NCBI RefSeq assembly: GCF_009914755.1
Contig: NC_060941.1
Reading direction: 5' to 3' (one strand)
Source of the DNA: the human T2T-CHM13v2.0 reference genome, Homo sapiens
DNA length: 64,000 nt
A program made the translations under genes and the position numbers. The notes under the pieces are model-generated. The model made no database searches. It saw nothing but the letters and a program-made list of their open reading frames with translations, and was not told the origin of the DNA. Positions 44,236-58,505 of this stretch are shown piece by piece; position 1 is the stretch's first letter, and every line of letters begins with the position of its first letter.

Positions 44236-44408
44236 TTTGTTTGTTTGTTTGAAGAGATGGGGGTCTCACTATGTTGCCCAGGCCGGAGTGCAGTGACTCA
44301 CAGGCATGATCATAGCACCCTATAGCCTGGAACTCCTGGGCTCAAGTCATCTTCCTACATCAGCCTCCCAAGAAGCTGGAACTACAGAGGCGCACCACTG
44401 CACCTGGC
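44236..44408 (-). mobile_element. FAM (fossil Alu monomer)
   Basis: gagtgcagtgactcacaggcatgatcatagcac...cctgggctcaag, the 7SL-like internal segment; TSD ttggccacatttct. Confidence 0.85.
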
Positions 44409-44704
44409 TGTTTTTGTTGGCCACATTTCTCAAGTGTTTGACTCCAGTACCCTTATTTCTCCCCCATTAGTGAACTCCTTCCTCATCAGTGATCTGATTT
44501 TGGTTTCTAACCAGTTATGAGACTTGTTCTCTGCAAGGTCAGCGATGATTCTCTTACTGATGATCCAGTGGCCTTTTCCACAACTCTATTCTCCTGGACC
44601 TCTCTGTTGCACCGGGCACTATTAGAACACTCTACTTCCAGAAATCCTTCCCTTTGACACCACCATGTCATGCTGTCCTCCTCCTCCTTCCCACATGCTT
44701 TCTG

Positions 44705-44750
44705 CTCCTCCTCCTCTTCCTCCTCCTCCTCCTCCTCCTCTTCTCTCTCA
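44705..44750. repeat. (CCT)n
   Basis: Direct observation. Confidence 0.9.
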
Positions 44751-46503
44751 CTTGCGGATATTTCCCTAACTAGGTTCTTACCTCTCTAGCCTTCTTTCTA
44801 TACACTGTGTCCTTCAGATCATTACTTCCGTAAGTTAATGGAAGTATTTCTATAATCTGGGCATATCGCATGTACCAGACGTGGTACTAAACATTACCCT
44901 CAAAAAGCATCTAATCTAATGTGTACGGCAAGCTTATAAAGGAACTATTACAATACCACATGAGCACTGCTAAAAAGAAGTCTTACCAAGCATTGTGACT
45001 GAACACAGGAGGAAAGCAACAAACGCCAGGGAAAGTTTAGACAGTGAGAACTTCCTCAAGGAGGTAATGTGGGAGCTGGAGGGTTTCCCAGGAGGAGAGG
45101 AGAGTGGTCCTGGGGAGTGAATCACAGAGGGAAAGGCATGGTGGCATAGACCTGCAATGCTTGTTGGCTACACCGAAGGCATGGCCAAGCAGAGGGGTGG
45201 CACTGAAGCAGGAGAGGCTACATGGGTTGCGGCTCAAACTTATCAAGTCCAAGACTAAACTCAAGGGTCTTGTGTGCCAGGAGGACTATAGATTTTACCC
45301 TGTAGGAATGGGAACCACAAAAGGGCCTAAGATGATCAGATTTCCAATACAGGATGAACATTCAGGTGACAGTGTGGAAAATGGTGGCAGGGAGGCCTGC
45401 TGGGGACAGTTAACAGAGTCTTGGCAAGACATGGGTGAATCTATGGGACAAGACAGAGGCAAGGATCAGATTCCACTCAGCCCTCTCAGCATATAGGAGA
45501 AAACCAGGCCCAGAAAAATACACCTGTAAGCTTCACGATCATTTGTAAAAAGTCCAGGAATACAGAATGAGGCTTAGGACATTAAATTTTCGGTCAATGA
45601 GAAATGCTTTAGAAACTCTAAAAATGAAAAGAATAAAAAAGCACAATTTTACAGACTGTGTAACCAAACATGCAAGAAAATCTGTCTCAGGAGTTCACTC
45701 TGCCATGGCTGGGAGGCCATTAGGAGGCCATGTAGTATCACGTGGGAGATGAGCTTGATTTGGACAAGAGATGGCGAGAAATGATGGGCCCGGGGGAATG
45801 CATGTGCCGGGATGGCAGCAGAGCCACAAGACAGGTTGCAGGGCTTGGTCATGCAACGAATGTGCCAGGTGCAAGAAGGAAGTTTAAAGAATGACTCTGA
45901 GGCTTTCAGAATAGGTGGCTAGGGTGCTGTCATTAACTAAGACAGAGAACACAGTAGAATTAAAATATACAGAAAGGAAGGGGAAGAATAAGTTTCTGCA
46001 TGACACGGATTCAACAGGAATGATGATGCCAATGGCTTGACCATTAGAGTATGGTGTCAAAAAAGAAATCATGGAAGGAACAGTTTTGGGGAAGTAAGAT
46101 CATGAGTTCCATTTTAAAGTCACTGAGTTTGAATGCATATCACGACATCCAGCTCTCCTGCCTGATATGGGCAACAGAAACACTAGCTCTAACTAGGGCT
46201 TGCCTAGTGACGACTCCTATACTCATCTCCATACCCAGGATCGCACAAATCCTCTAATCTGACATCTCCAACTGTCTCTCTTATGTGTGTATATGGTGGC
46301 CTTACCATCATCTCAAACTTCCAAGTCCAAGACTAAACTCATAATTTTCCCCCTCAACCAGCTTCCCTTCCACCTGTCCTGCTGATCAATGACAAAGTCA
46401 TTCATTCAATTACCAAGTTCCTGGTTTTAAATCTCACAATCATTTGTAAGCCCTACTCTCTCTGTTCTCCCTCCTAGTTAGTTGCCCACATTCCTTCAAC
46501 TTC

Positions 46504-46792
46504 TTTTTTTTTTTGTTTTTTTTTTTTTTTTTTGAGACGGAGTCTTGCTCTGTTGCCCAGGCTGTCACTGCAACCTCTGCCTCCTGGCTTCAAGCAATTC
46601 TCCTGCCTCAGCCTCCTGAGTAGCTGGGATTGTAGGCACCCGCCATCACACCTGGCTAGTTTTTATATTTTTAGTAGAGATGGAGTTTTGCCATGTTGGC
46701 CAGGCTGGTGTTGAACTCCTGACCTCAGGTGATCTGCCCGCCTCGGCCTCCCAAAATGCTGGGATTACAGGCATGAGCCACTGCGCCTGGCC
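46504..46792 (-). mobile_element. AluS with ~23-bp internal deletion
   Basis: cccaggctg|tcactgcaacc junction; TSD aacttct. Confidence 0.95.
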
Positions 46793-47025
46793 TAACTTCT
46801 ATTTGAAATGACTCCACTCTACGTCCTGATTTCTGCCCACCAGGATTCCAGACTCTTTCCCAGTTGTGTCCTCCTGCATCCTGGCATGTAGGATGTGTTA
46901 AGATTAGCATCCTGCACCCTGCATCCTTATCCTGTCAAGGTTAAAATTTCTTCCCTGGCTCTGAATCCCTTCCTAAACTAGCTTCATGTATCTATCTGGA
47001 CTTCTTTCTTACTGTGCTCAATATA

Positions 47026-47739
47026 CAGGAATCCCCATTTATCTGTGGTTTTATTTTCCACAGTTTCAGTTACCCATGGTCAACTGTGGTCCAAAAAGAG
47101 GTGAGTACAAATACAGACAAGAATATATATTGTGAGAGAGGAAAGAAAGAGAGAGAAAGACCACATAATTTTTATCACAGTATATTGTTGTAATTGTTCT
47201 ATTTTATTATTGTTGGTAGTCTCTTATAGTGCCTAATTTATATATTAAACTTCATAATAAATGTATTAGTCCATTCTCATGCTGCTAATAAAGACATACC
47301 CGAGACTGGGTAATTTATAAAGGAAAGAGGTTTAATGGACTCACAGTTCCACATGGCTGGGGAGGCCTCATAATCATGGCGGAAGGTGAATGAGGAGCAA
47401 AGGCACGTCTTACATGGAGGCAGGCAAAGAGACAGAATGTGTAAGGGAACTGCCCTTTATAAAACCATCAGATCTTGTGAGACTTATTCACTGTCACAAG
47501 AACAGAATGGGAAAAACTCGCCCCCATGATTCAGTTAACCCCCTTCCAGTCCCTCCCATGACACGTGGGGATTATTACAATTCAAGGTGAGATCTGGGTG
47601 GGGACACAGAGCCAAATCATATCAATAAGTATGTATATACAGGAAAAACATATGATACATCAGGTTCATTGCTATCTGTAGTTTCAAGCAACCACTGGGA
47701 TCTTGGAATGGAACCCCTGTGCATAAGAGGGGATTGGTG
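47026..47739. mobile_element. MER44A (Tigger-family MITE) split by a THE1 LTR
   Basis: cagtttcagttacccatggtcaactgtggtcc...; ...ccactgggatcttggaa...ataagagggga terminal segments. Confidence 0.88.
47262..47624 (-). mobile_element. THE1B solo LTR
   Basis: tgtattagtccattctcatgctgctaataaagacatacccgagactggg...atatca; TSD ataaa/ataag. Confidence 0.95.
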
Positions 47740-47862
47740 TCCTAACTCAAAGCTGTCATGCTAGGTCCAATATGCAGGCACTGTGCTGTGGCTGTAACAG
47801 CTTTACTGACTTTCACAATGTCCCTCTGAGGTAGAAACCTCACCTTATAAGAAAGAGTGAAG

Positions 47863-48178
<316 letters not shown>

Positions 48179-48545
48179 TCAAGGCTACCCAGCTGCGAAG
48201 TCTTGCAGACAGGAAATGGCCCAGGTCCCTCTGCCTCTCAGCCTCTACGTTTTGCCACCAATGGGCCCAGCTCCACACATTGCCCTGTGAGCTCTGTGGG
48301 TCTTATCTTCATCATATCTAGAATGCCATTCTCCTGCTATTACTTCCATCCTTCAAAAGCCTTCTTTGTCCCCAAATGCTCTGGATTTACTATTAAGATA
48401 TTTAGTCTTTAATCTAACAAATTAAAATGTACAAAAAAAAAAACCCAGAAAAACAAGTTTTTGTGTCACAGATTCAACAGTCATAATGATTCCGAAGGCT
48501 TCCCTATTAGAATGTGGAGCCAAAACGACAGGGTATTACACAAAG

Positions 48546-48983
48546 TGATGAGTTGAATTATATCCTCCAGAGAGACATGTTGAAGTCCTAATCCCCAGTA
48601 CCTCAGAACGTGGCCTTATTTGGAAATAGGATCCTTGCAGACATAATCAGACGAGGTCACCCTGGAGTAGAGTGGGCTCTTAATCCAGTATGACGGACGT
48701 CCTCACAACAAGAGACGCACAGGAAGAGGTTGGCCCTGCGACGACAGGGCCACAGATGGGAGTGATCATCTAGAAGCCATGGACACCAAGGATTGCTGGG
48801 AAACATCAGAAGCTGAAAGAGACAAGGAAGGATTCCTCCCTAGAGCCTTCTGAGGGAGCACAGCCCTGCCCACACCTTGACTTCGGACTTGTGGCCTCTA
48901 GAACTGTGAGATAATAGCTTCTCGTTGTTTCAACCCACCCAGTTTTTGGTTCTTTGTTACAGCAGCACTAGGAAACAAATACA
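48546..48983 (+). mobile_element. MLT1B/C solo LTR
   Basis: gttgaagtcctaatccccagtacctcagaa...tttgttacagcagcactaggaaacaaataca. Confidence 0.9.
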
Positions 48984-49036
48984 CATGGGAAGAAACGTCC
49001 CTTGTTTTCCACATTTTCTCTTGTAAAACGTGTAAA

Positions 49037-49038
<2 letters not shown>

Positions 49039-49073
<35 letters not shown>
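49039..49073. repeat. (CA)n microsatellite
   Basis: Direct observation. Confidence 0.97.
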
Positions 49074-49077
<4 letters not shown>

Positions 49078-50199
49078 TTTCTTTCAACTACCCAGTCCTA
49101 CTAGACCTCATTTTACCCATGTGAGGGCCAACAGTCCAATCATTATGAGACAATCCGGAAAATGGCATTAGGGTATTACTATGTTATATTGATCTATCGG
49201 TATTTTCTTAATTTTGTGTGTGTACATGGTCGTATCAGATCATTAAGGAAGCCACTCCAATAGAATAGATGGCTCCTTCTTAGCTGATGAAAGAGATACT
49301 GCTTGAGGTGCAGAGGTGGAGATCCTCAGGTGAGCCTGCCTCTCACACCTCACATTCACATGACGGATAGAAATCATTCACGCCAGATAAAATGTTTTTC
49401 TTTTTTTAACCTTAGGATTCTGTGATATCTGGAGCCAATACTCATGAAGGAAGAAGTTTAAAACTTTCCGTTTAAACCACTTAGAATGAGAGGATTTACA
49501 AAGATCCTGTTTAATGTTCAGCTGACACATTGTCAAAAACGTTTATCATGCAACCTTTTGAAGTTTCTTCCACTCCCTCCTAGTTATTAAAGCTTGGATT
49601 GCAGTTAGTTATCAACAACAAAGCATACACGTGATGGTGTTTTTAGAGTCAGCCTTTCAGTTTGATTTCTGAACTACTAAGCAAAATTCAGTTCTCCTGA
49701 TCAGAAAAATGATTAGTGACCTACTTTTCATGCTGAATGCACAAAACCGTTGATTTCTGAAATCACTTCTATATGGACCTAGGGATAATGCAAGGGACAT
49801 GGAAATTTCATTTGTATCATAATGCTCCAAACTGCAAGAATTTTCAGATATAAGAATCTGCCACTTCAAGTGAGGCTGTGATTCTTTCAGTGCAAATGAG
49901 GAAATAGTGACCTACATTATTGAGAAGATTCCTCTGGCAACTTAATTCCTAATGTAAATTTCTTCAGATTGAGAATAAGCTTCAGTTCGTGTTTTGGCAA
50001 GGGGAATAAAACTCTTTCTGAATAATTCAAGCGAATACTATTTTTTGAGTCTGTACAATGTATTAGAAGGTACAGAGTTGGGTAAGACATAGTCTCACCT
50101 TTTACGGCACTTACATTATCATAGAAAGTATGTGATAAGGACAAAAAGCAGGAGAGCATGGTAAGTGTGTTAAGTGTTCAATTGAGAGAACAAAAAGAA

Positions 50200-50760
50200 A
50201 AAGGAAGGACAGAGGAAGATGTTCAATGACACCACAAGGAAGCAGGCAGATAAATCCAGAATGTGGGACATTCTACAGGACAACTGACTTGGTTTCTGCA
50301 AGAAGTCAATGACATGGGAAAAAAGTGAGGAAGGGTCTGCTTTAGATTTGAAAAGACATGAGAGCTGTAACAATCAAATGTAATGTTTGGATCCTGATTC
50401 AGACAAATCAACTGTAAAATGGCATTTTAAAGTTAATTTGGGATACTTAGTTATGAAGTAAATATTAGATGATACTAAAAGATAATTGTTCACTGTCTTA
50501 GGTATGACAATGGCACTGTGTCTGTGTAAGACAATGCCCATGGTTTCTGAGAGGCATTCTGAAATACACAGTGTAAAACGACTTGATGTCTGGAATTTGC
50601 TTTAAAATATTTTAGCAAAGAATGAGGGGGAAATGACAGAGTAAATGTGACCAAATCTTGATAGTTACTGAAGGTGGGTGACAAGCACACAGGAGTTCAT
50701 AGTACTATTATCTCTACTTTTGGGTATGTTTGAAAATTTTCATAATAAAACTAAAAAAGA
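50200..50760 (+). mobile_element. L1ME 3' UTR/end
   Basis: aaatccagaatgtgggacattctacaggacaac...tatgtttgaaaattttcataataaaa. Confidence 0.85.
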
Positions 50761-51139
50761 AACAAACATTTTATGTACAGTAAAATGATATAAGAAAAAC
50801 ACAAAGAGACTGGGAACGTCTTCAGGAAGGACGCAGTATTTGGGAAAAGCCTTGAATAATAGCTACAGTTCTGACAGGCCTAAGGTGGAAAGGGGAAAGA
50901 ATTGTCTGCCAAAGAAGTTGCATTTGCAAAAGTAAATACAAGGAAAATGGGGGTGTGCTCAGGACACCCTGGTGCAGTCCCTGGAGCAGGACCTGGAATA
51001 TGTGAAGGGGAGGCAGACCTGAAAAGAGGAGGCCAGAGCACAGTGAACTTCAGAGCACAGGCTTTAGTTACACTTAACTTGGTGAAAAGGAGAGGGGCTT
51101 TTGTGCAATGCCTAAAATCAAGAAAGATACACACAGTTA

Positions 51140-52260
51140 CTTCCTAGACATTTACAACATGCGTCCCAGGCTTAACAGGTTCAAAACTGGACGTATTATC
51201 AGTTTTCCCACTTTATTTCCCTCTCCTTCCACTCACCCCTTTGCCTCAATCTAATTATGTTCCTATATATTCAGATCTAGATTAACGGAACCCATATTCA
51301 CCTAGTTATCCAAATCAGGAACTGCGAGGACACCCTTGAATTTTCTCTGCCATCTAACCATTTACCGGCCTTCCAAATATTTCTCCTCTTCAGCCCTATG
51401 GCTATTGCCCTTGTCTCTTTTCCTCTGGATGATGACTACACTCATAGATCTCTTCGTTCCAATTCATTATTGCCAGAGCAATATTCCGCATCATCTTCAA
51501 GTTTCTCTATCTCACTGCACAGTACCACTACCACCCACATGATCTATCACATTATCCAAGGCAAAAACTCAGGAGATCTCTTTGACAACTTGCTTCTATT
51601 CCACATGTTCCCTCCCAAAGACTCCTGTTTATTTGCCACTAACCCCTGTGGATTCAATCTCTTTTAATTTGGTCCACTTCATGCCATTTTTACTGACATT
51701 CTCTGATTATATTGTCCCTTTTCTGGTCTCCATCCATTCCTCCGGGCTCCCCTCGGTCTCATCTTCATACAGCAGCCACTTACTTTGGAAGTCATTATGT
51801 AGGAGTTATCATTGAATCCCTTTGTTCCCTCACTTTACCCTGCCACATTCAATTTTCACTAGGAGTGGCGCAGGATGAATAGAAAATTATAAGTCTTTGA
51901 CAAAGAAAAACCTTAAAAACATGCATAACCTACCCACTTCTCTCCATCTCTAGTACTACCTCCTTGGTCCAAGTCATGGCCATCTTTTACCTAAAGATGA
52001 CTCCAATAGCATAGCAGTCTCCATCTCCCTCCCATACATTCTACACGTCAGGTCTGTCCATTCATCTCTCTTACCTGCTCAAAGTTCTCCAATGACTTAC
52101 AATTACACTTAGAATAATATCTAAGCTCCTCACCATGCTTAGAAGGTCCTACAAGGTGTGGCTTCCACATGCCTCTCAGGCTTCTCCTTGTACCAGTCTC
52201 CACTTTGGTCCAGCCACACTTGCCTTCCTACTATTCTCTGAACCTTACAAATTCATTACC
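51140..52260 (+). mobile_element. L2 fragments
   Basis: ccacttctctccatctc...ttggtccaag...ctcctcaccatg. Confidence 0.6.
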
Positions 52261-53903
52261 ATTAGCACTTCCCTTCTTTCATCTTTAATCTTTCTGATTA
52301 AAGTTTCTTGTCAGGAACGTATAAGCATTTTCTTGTCACACTAGCAGTATATAAGGAATAGAAAAATGTGTGTTTTACAAAGAAAAACTCTTAATATTGT
52401 TTTAACACCTTTCAAAGTAACTTTAATTAAAGAGACAATGTGCAAGGTGAATCAGAACTTCATGTACTGTGAAAGAACTGGTGTGATTCCAAACACCCAG
52501 CATACTTAACAGAGGAATGCAAATAGTCAAAAATATATTATTAAGCACAAACCAAGACTGGTTCTTGGCAGTGTAGCCAAAATTTTAACAGTGTAGTTGA
52601 AAATGTGTTCAACCTTAACCTTTCATCTAAGGCTTTCCTTTGCTAATGAATCATGCCTGTAACTAAAACGCTAAGGTTAGCATGGCTTCTTTGAAATGAA
52701 CCACCACAAACCAAACATCTAAAGCTTAAGATATAGTGTTTCTTTTCAAAACTGACAACCCCCCGCACTTTTTTTTTTTGTATTACATGACCAGTCTTCT
52801 TGAAATAAGTGTGGTCTAGGAAATCTGACTTTTAAAATTAATTCTCAAAAATTCTATTTCCCCATTGATGTGCTGTTAGTATGGTTTGTCAGTCCAATTT
52901 CTGAAATGCTAAGTCCATTTGATCTCCCACTAAGGGATCAAACCCTATTTTAGGACCTAATATCAATTTTAAAAATTTATGTTTTACCTCAGATTATAAA
53001 ATAATACAGGCTAATTGAAGAAAAATGGAAAAGCATTAAGAGGGAAAAAGATTTCCATAATTCCTGCACTCAGATATAACCACTATTAGCACAGTGCCTT
53101 CTTTCCACGTCTTTTTCCTATTCATATGAAACTGGCACGTTGGCTCTGTAGGACTCCCTGAGTGTAATCGTAGAAGCTTCTCTCTCTCATCTCCCACTGT
53201 TCCTTTAATCCTGCTTAGTGGAGACAGTTCTTCTCTTGCCCCTTGGTGAAAATTCAGAAGGGTGCCTTGATTTTTCAGGTCACTCTAGTCCTACAGTCAC
53301 TTTAAACTGCAGACAAAGTTTTAAAACATTTAGATCGTTCTCAACCGAAATTTAAATGGTTCTTAAGAGCAATTTAACGTAAGGCAAGACATATCTAAAG
53401 GATTCCAGAACACCGTTATTTGACCTATCATCAAGGTACTTTTACTTCCTGTTTGTCTTTGACCCAGGGACTTGAACCCCAGTGGGGTGGTCGTGGTGCC
53501 TGCCTCACACACCAATGTCCCTAATGATGACTAAGATTGGACTGGATGTGTAGGTGTCTCCTGGCCTCACCCTCCTACTTGTTATATTCTGTTCTCCTCT
53601 GGGAGTATCCCTCAACGTCTGTTTTATCCTATTTCCCCGGCTTCAGCTCTTTGTTGCAGGTCTCTGTGCATTTTTCTTGGCCTGCTGGATGAATACTCCT
53701 CTTCACTCTCATCTCCCTTCTGCAGATAAAGGTCAAAATAACAATAATCTCCCCTTTATAGGGAAATAAGCTGCCTGAACTCCAGGTTCTTGCAAGAGAG
53801 TAAAACATCAAATCTGCGGCCTAATTATAATAAAAAGATTACTTTAATTAACTAACATTAATAAAGATTTGCAATATATATGTTACAACAATTCTTAGAT
53901 ATT

Positions 53904-54264
53904 TGTATCAGTCTGGTTTCACACTGCTGATAAAGACATACCTGAGACTGGATAATTTATAAAGGAAAGAGGTTTAATTGACTCACAGTTCCACATGGCT
54001 GGGGCAGCCTCACAATCACGGCGGAAGAGCAAGGGACATCTTACATGGAGGCAGAAAAGAGAGAGAATGAGAGCCAAGTGAAAGGGGTTTCCCCTTATGA
54101 AACCATCGGATCTCGTGAGACTTATTCACTACCATGAGAACCGTATGGGGGAACTGCCCCCATGATTCAATTATCTCCCACTGGGTCCCTCCCACAACAC
54201 GTGGGAATTATAGGAGCTACAATTCAAGATGAGATTTGGGCAGGGACACTGCAAAACCATATCA
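53904..54264 (-). mobile_element. THE1B solo LTR
   Basis: cacactgctgataaagacatacctgagactgg...accatatca; perfect TSD atatt. Confidence 0.95.
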
Positions 54265-54597
54265 ATATTCAAATTTTAATTCATGGATAAAACCATCATC
54301 TGGTTCCAGGTGGAAGCATGTGCTTTAGGTGTGTGCCATCAGTCCACATTGAGCGGCATTATACAAAATAGCTCTGAGAAACTTGATACTGCTTTTCCTT
54401 TAAGAATATTCTTAAGAACATCAGCTACATCTTACAGTTTTTCTTCCACTGATCTTTCTTTGCTCTGCAATGTCTTCTACATTGCTACCAATGATCTTTC
54501 CAAAACAAACCTGACTGAGATCCTCTGCTGAAAAATCATCAGTAGTTCTGCTCTATCTACAGAATAATTTCAGACCCCTAAGCATGGCATATATACT

Positions 54598-54732
54598 TGC
54601 TACTCAACGCCTGCTCTGAGAGCCAGCAGCGTTGTAGGATCTTGAGCCCTACCCCAGACTGACAGCATCAGAGCCTACATCTTAACAAAATTCCCAGGTG
54701 ACCTGCAGGCACATTCAGGTGTGAGAAGCACT
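54598..54732. mobile_element. MER5-type hAT MITE
   Basis: gccctaccccagac...ttaacaaaattcccaggtga...tgagaagcact. Confidence 0.7.
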
Positions 54733-55859
54733 TATACAGTGCACCCTTCATGAGGGTCCTACAGCTGAAATTCCTCTCTGGTGTCAGTGCTAGGAAAAGC
54801 TGTGCTTCTCCTGAGCACTTGACTTGGTTTCTATTAAGGACACGGGCTACTGAAATTCGATTTCTTCTTGTCTTTAGCTGCTATGAAGCCCAGGCCAAAC
54901 ATGGAGCTCTCCTTATAGCAGCTTTATTGGACTTCATGGCAGGCATTTTGTTTATGAATTCTATTCTTGATTTCATATTATTTTCATATCTTTTTTTCTG
55001 TGATTTTCTTATTAATTTTTATCCTTTTGTACCATATGCATCTCTCTAAGTCACCTGAAATACTTTTAGGGATTTGGTGAGGTATGAGCCCATGATATTT
55101 GTATGCGTGTAAGACAGCAAGGAAGTAATAAAGTCAACAAATATTTCATTTCCTGGCCTTTCCTTGCCCTAAATGGTATGTTTAACACCAGTGCTAACTT
55201 CTCCCAATCCAACATGTCTGTGTGTGCAGAAGCCTCATGTCAGATACTTTCGTCACAAACCTAGAGGTATTTTCCATAGAAACCTCTTATGTAAGAGGAA
55301 CTGAAGATATGAAGGCAAGAGAGCATTGGTGTTAAGGCTCGTGGCAGGCTGGATGTCACAGTGGGAGGTCTAGGTTTCTCTGTAGCTTAAGAAGTGCACT
55401 GGCCATCCAGGTCCCAGCTTACTCTGCGTCCCCGCTCTTTTCTAAATAAGGACTTTCTGCTGTTGGTCTTTTCTGTCATGAGCTGGGCTCCAAAGTGGCA
55501 ACCTTCATTAAAAAGTGAAAACTGGGCGCTTCTGTCTAAAAACTAATTAATTCCTGTGGAGACATAAGACAAAACACAAACAGGTTCATGTAATGACAGT
55601 CAACTGCTTGTCATGGCATTCCTGGGTGAGACAGCATGGCTCGTTGGTGGCGACGAGTGGGTGGCGAACTGGAGCTTCACTTTCTCTCTAGCAGCGTGGC
55701 TGGAGGCAGGACATGTGACCTCTTTGAACCCATGTTTTCATCTATATCACAGCAAGACATTTGAGAGGTCATCTCCCAGCACTAAATTCAACTGTCATAC
55801 GATCAATTGAGTTTCTAGTATTAGAGAGGTCATTAGTCTAGTGGTGAAACCTTCAAATG

Positions 55860-56100
55860 CATGGTAGAGTAATGAAGCATTCAAGGTTTCCAGTCTGGCT
55901 GCCTGAGTTGGAATCTCTGCTCCAACTCTTTGCTAGTCATGTGACTTTGGGCAAGTTATTTACATTTTTCTGGGCCTCAGTTTACTCATTTGTAAATAAA
56001 GGAATAATAACAGTACCTATCTCATATGGTGGACATGAGGATTATTACATAAAAACACAATGTTAGCACATATAAGAGCTCAATAGATGTTAGTTGCTAT
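55860..56100 (+). mobile_element. MIR
   Basis: tgtgactttgggcaagttattt...gcctcagtttactcatttgtaaa. Confidence 0.88.
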
Positions 56101-58168
56101 TTTATCACAACTGGGGAATAAGAAATGGGCAACCATATTTACCTATATGTTATATATCACACTTTTGTTAAGTTTTTGTGATTATTTTTCTTATGGAAAC
56201 TCTATATTAGGGCCATCTAACTGTATACTGCTGACCAAGCTGGCACTCTCCAGCTTTTTAGAAATTCATCAAGATTTTATCAAATGCCTGAGTCAAAGCA
56301 TTTGGGAAGTCAAAACATTTTTAACATAAATTTCCATTCCCTCTATCTCCCCCTGCTATAGTCACAAAAATGAACAAATGGCAATAAAGTACAAGAAGTG
56401 CAAGAGGGTTGGGAGCTCATTCACGATCTTCTGGTAGAGCAGACAGATTCCACTTTCTGTTTCAGGTACCACGTCCGTTACCAAACAACCACACGACTGA
56501 ACACATAACTCCCCCGACACTTTGCCCATTACCAAAGTAGCATGTACTCACTGCATGCATTTTGGCAAAGTACAAGGGTAGAAACAAAGCAAAAATAAAA
56601 CACCACTATCACTTTCCCCACAGCCAGAGGCACCTACTGCTCAGGTTAATTTGCATCACAGAGTCCATCGACTGCTGCGAGTGCTGCATGCCCAGCAGCC
56701 CTTCCCTGCTTGGTCAGAGGGCACTGCCACCCTCACACCAACATCTGAGAGTCAGCATGTTGAAAGGGAGACTTACCACCACCCTCTGTTCATTTAATGG
56801 ATAGGTACTTGAATGCCCACTGTGCTCAACAAAATAATTTTTGAGATGCCATAAGTAAGGAAAATCAGAGTATGAAATTAATGGTCTGGCCGCCATGGGG
56901 CAATTATGATCATTTCTTCTGTAATTCATGGCTATGATATACAGAAGATGAATAGCGGAACAAAAAATAAACACCTCCTTATCCACTTCTTTTAGATCTC
57001 TAAGGAGACTGAAATATTCTGTATTTATATGTCAGGTGGAACGCTGCCTGGAGAAATGACGGCTAACATTGCTTATATCTCAGGCAGAAATAGTTTCAAG
57101 TACTTTTGATTTATGGCATATTAAAAATGCTTGCAGAAATAACATAAAACAGGACAGGGCTATTCGCGTCACTATCCTCATCATGTAGTTACCGCCCTCT
57201 TCTATCTGACTGGCAAAGCCCAGACAAACATATAATTTCTGCTGTGCTGTGGGGCTTCAAAAGGGCTTTGAGCAACAACAAAAAAAACCCTCTGCTTTTT
57301 TCACCAGCAAATGTAAATAGTGACCAAAATAGTACTAGAAAGTAAGTTGGGTTAGAACTGTCTGGGTCCTGCTCTAATTTTCACTTTTGATGAGGAGATG
57401 TGAACAAAGACTTTGCCCTCTGTGTAGGTGGGTGCTGTGGGCGATACTCAAAAGCAAGAACCAAGTAAGGCAGAGAGCTGTGCTTATCGGCAGTGCAGAA
57501 CTATAATGAGGCTTGCATTCATGCCAAAAATCACCTTCGCCAAGCAAAATTGGCTAATGTTGGGTCAGGAAAGAGAAAACTGGACATAAAAAGTAAGAAT
57601 GGCAGACATAAGGCACAAAATAATTGGAAAACACATTCAAAGTATAGCACACTGACAACTGAAACCACAGTATAATCACCATACATTGGTCATTCTCACT
57701 TTCCCTGCATACTGTTTCCATTGCTGTGCTTTACAGAAAGGTAGGTAGACAGTACATGGCAACTCAGGATTCTGGCAGCTTTATGGAAATGCATAATATG
57801 TGAGTAGGGTGTGTCTTTCTACCAGCTAGTGGTGGTCCGGGGGGTTACCAGGTAGGCAGACAATTAGAACCTGTGGAAATCATTAAAATTATTACGTAGC
57901 CTTCTGAAATTGCTGTTTTTATTCTGGGGAACAGCAAATCCAAATCTGCACAGGATACAAATTATATTAACTTTGGAAACAAAAACATAATAAAATCTAA
58001 ATATAGCTAATGAAAACCTATACTGTCTAAAGAACAATTTAGAATTTATTTTAAGAGCTGTACCAAAGTGTTGTGCTACACATTGGTTCCTAGAAAACAT
58101 ACTCTTGTGAAGGCAAAATTCAAATATTTCACAAATAATAGTTCGTTTCAATCCCTCCATTTCTTTAA

Positions 58169-58505
<337 letters not shown>

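Noticed and set aside
57820-57840. CTCF-like ccagctagtggtgg
   Set aside because: Only a loose match to the consensus; unsupported without a PWM scan or ChIP data.
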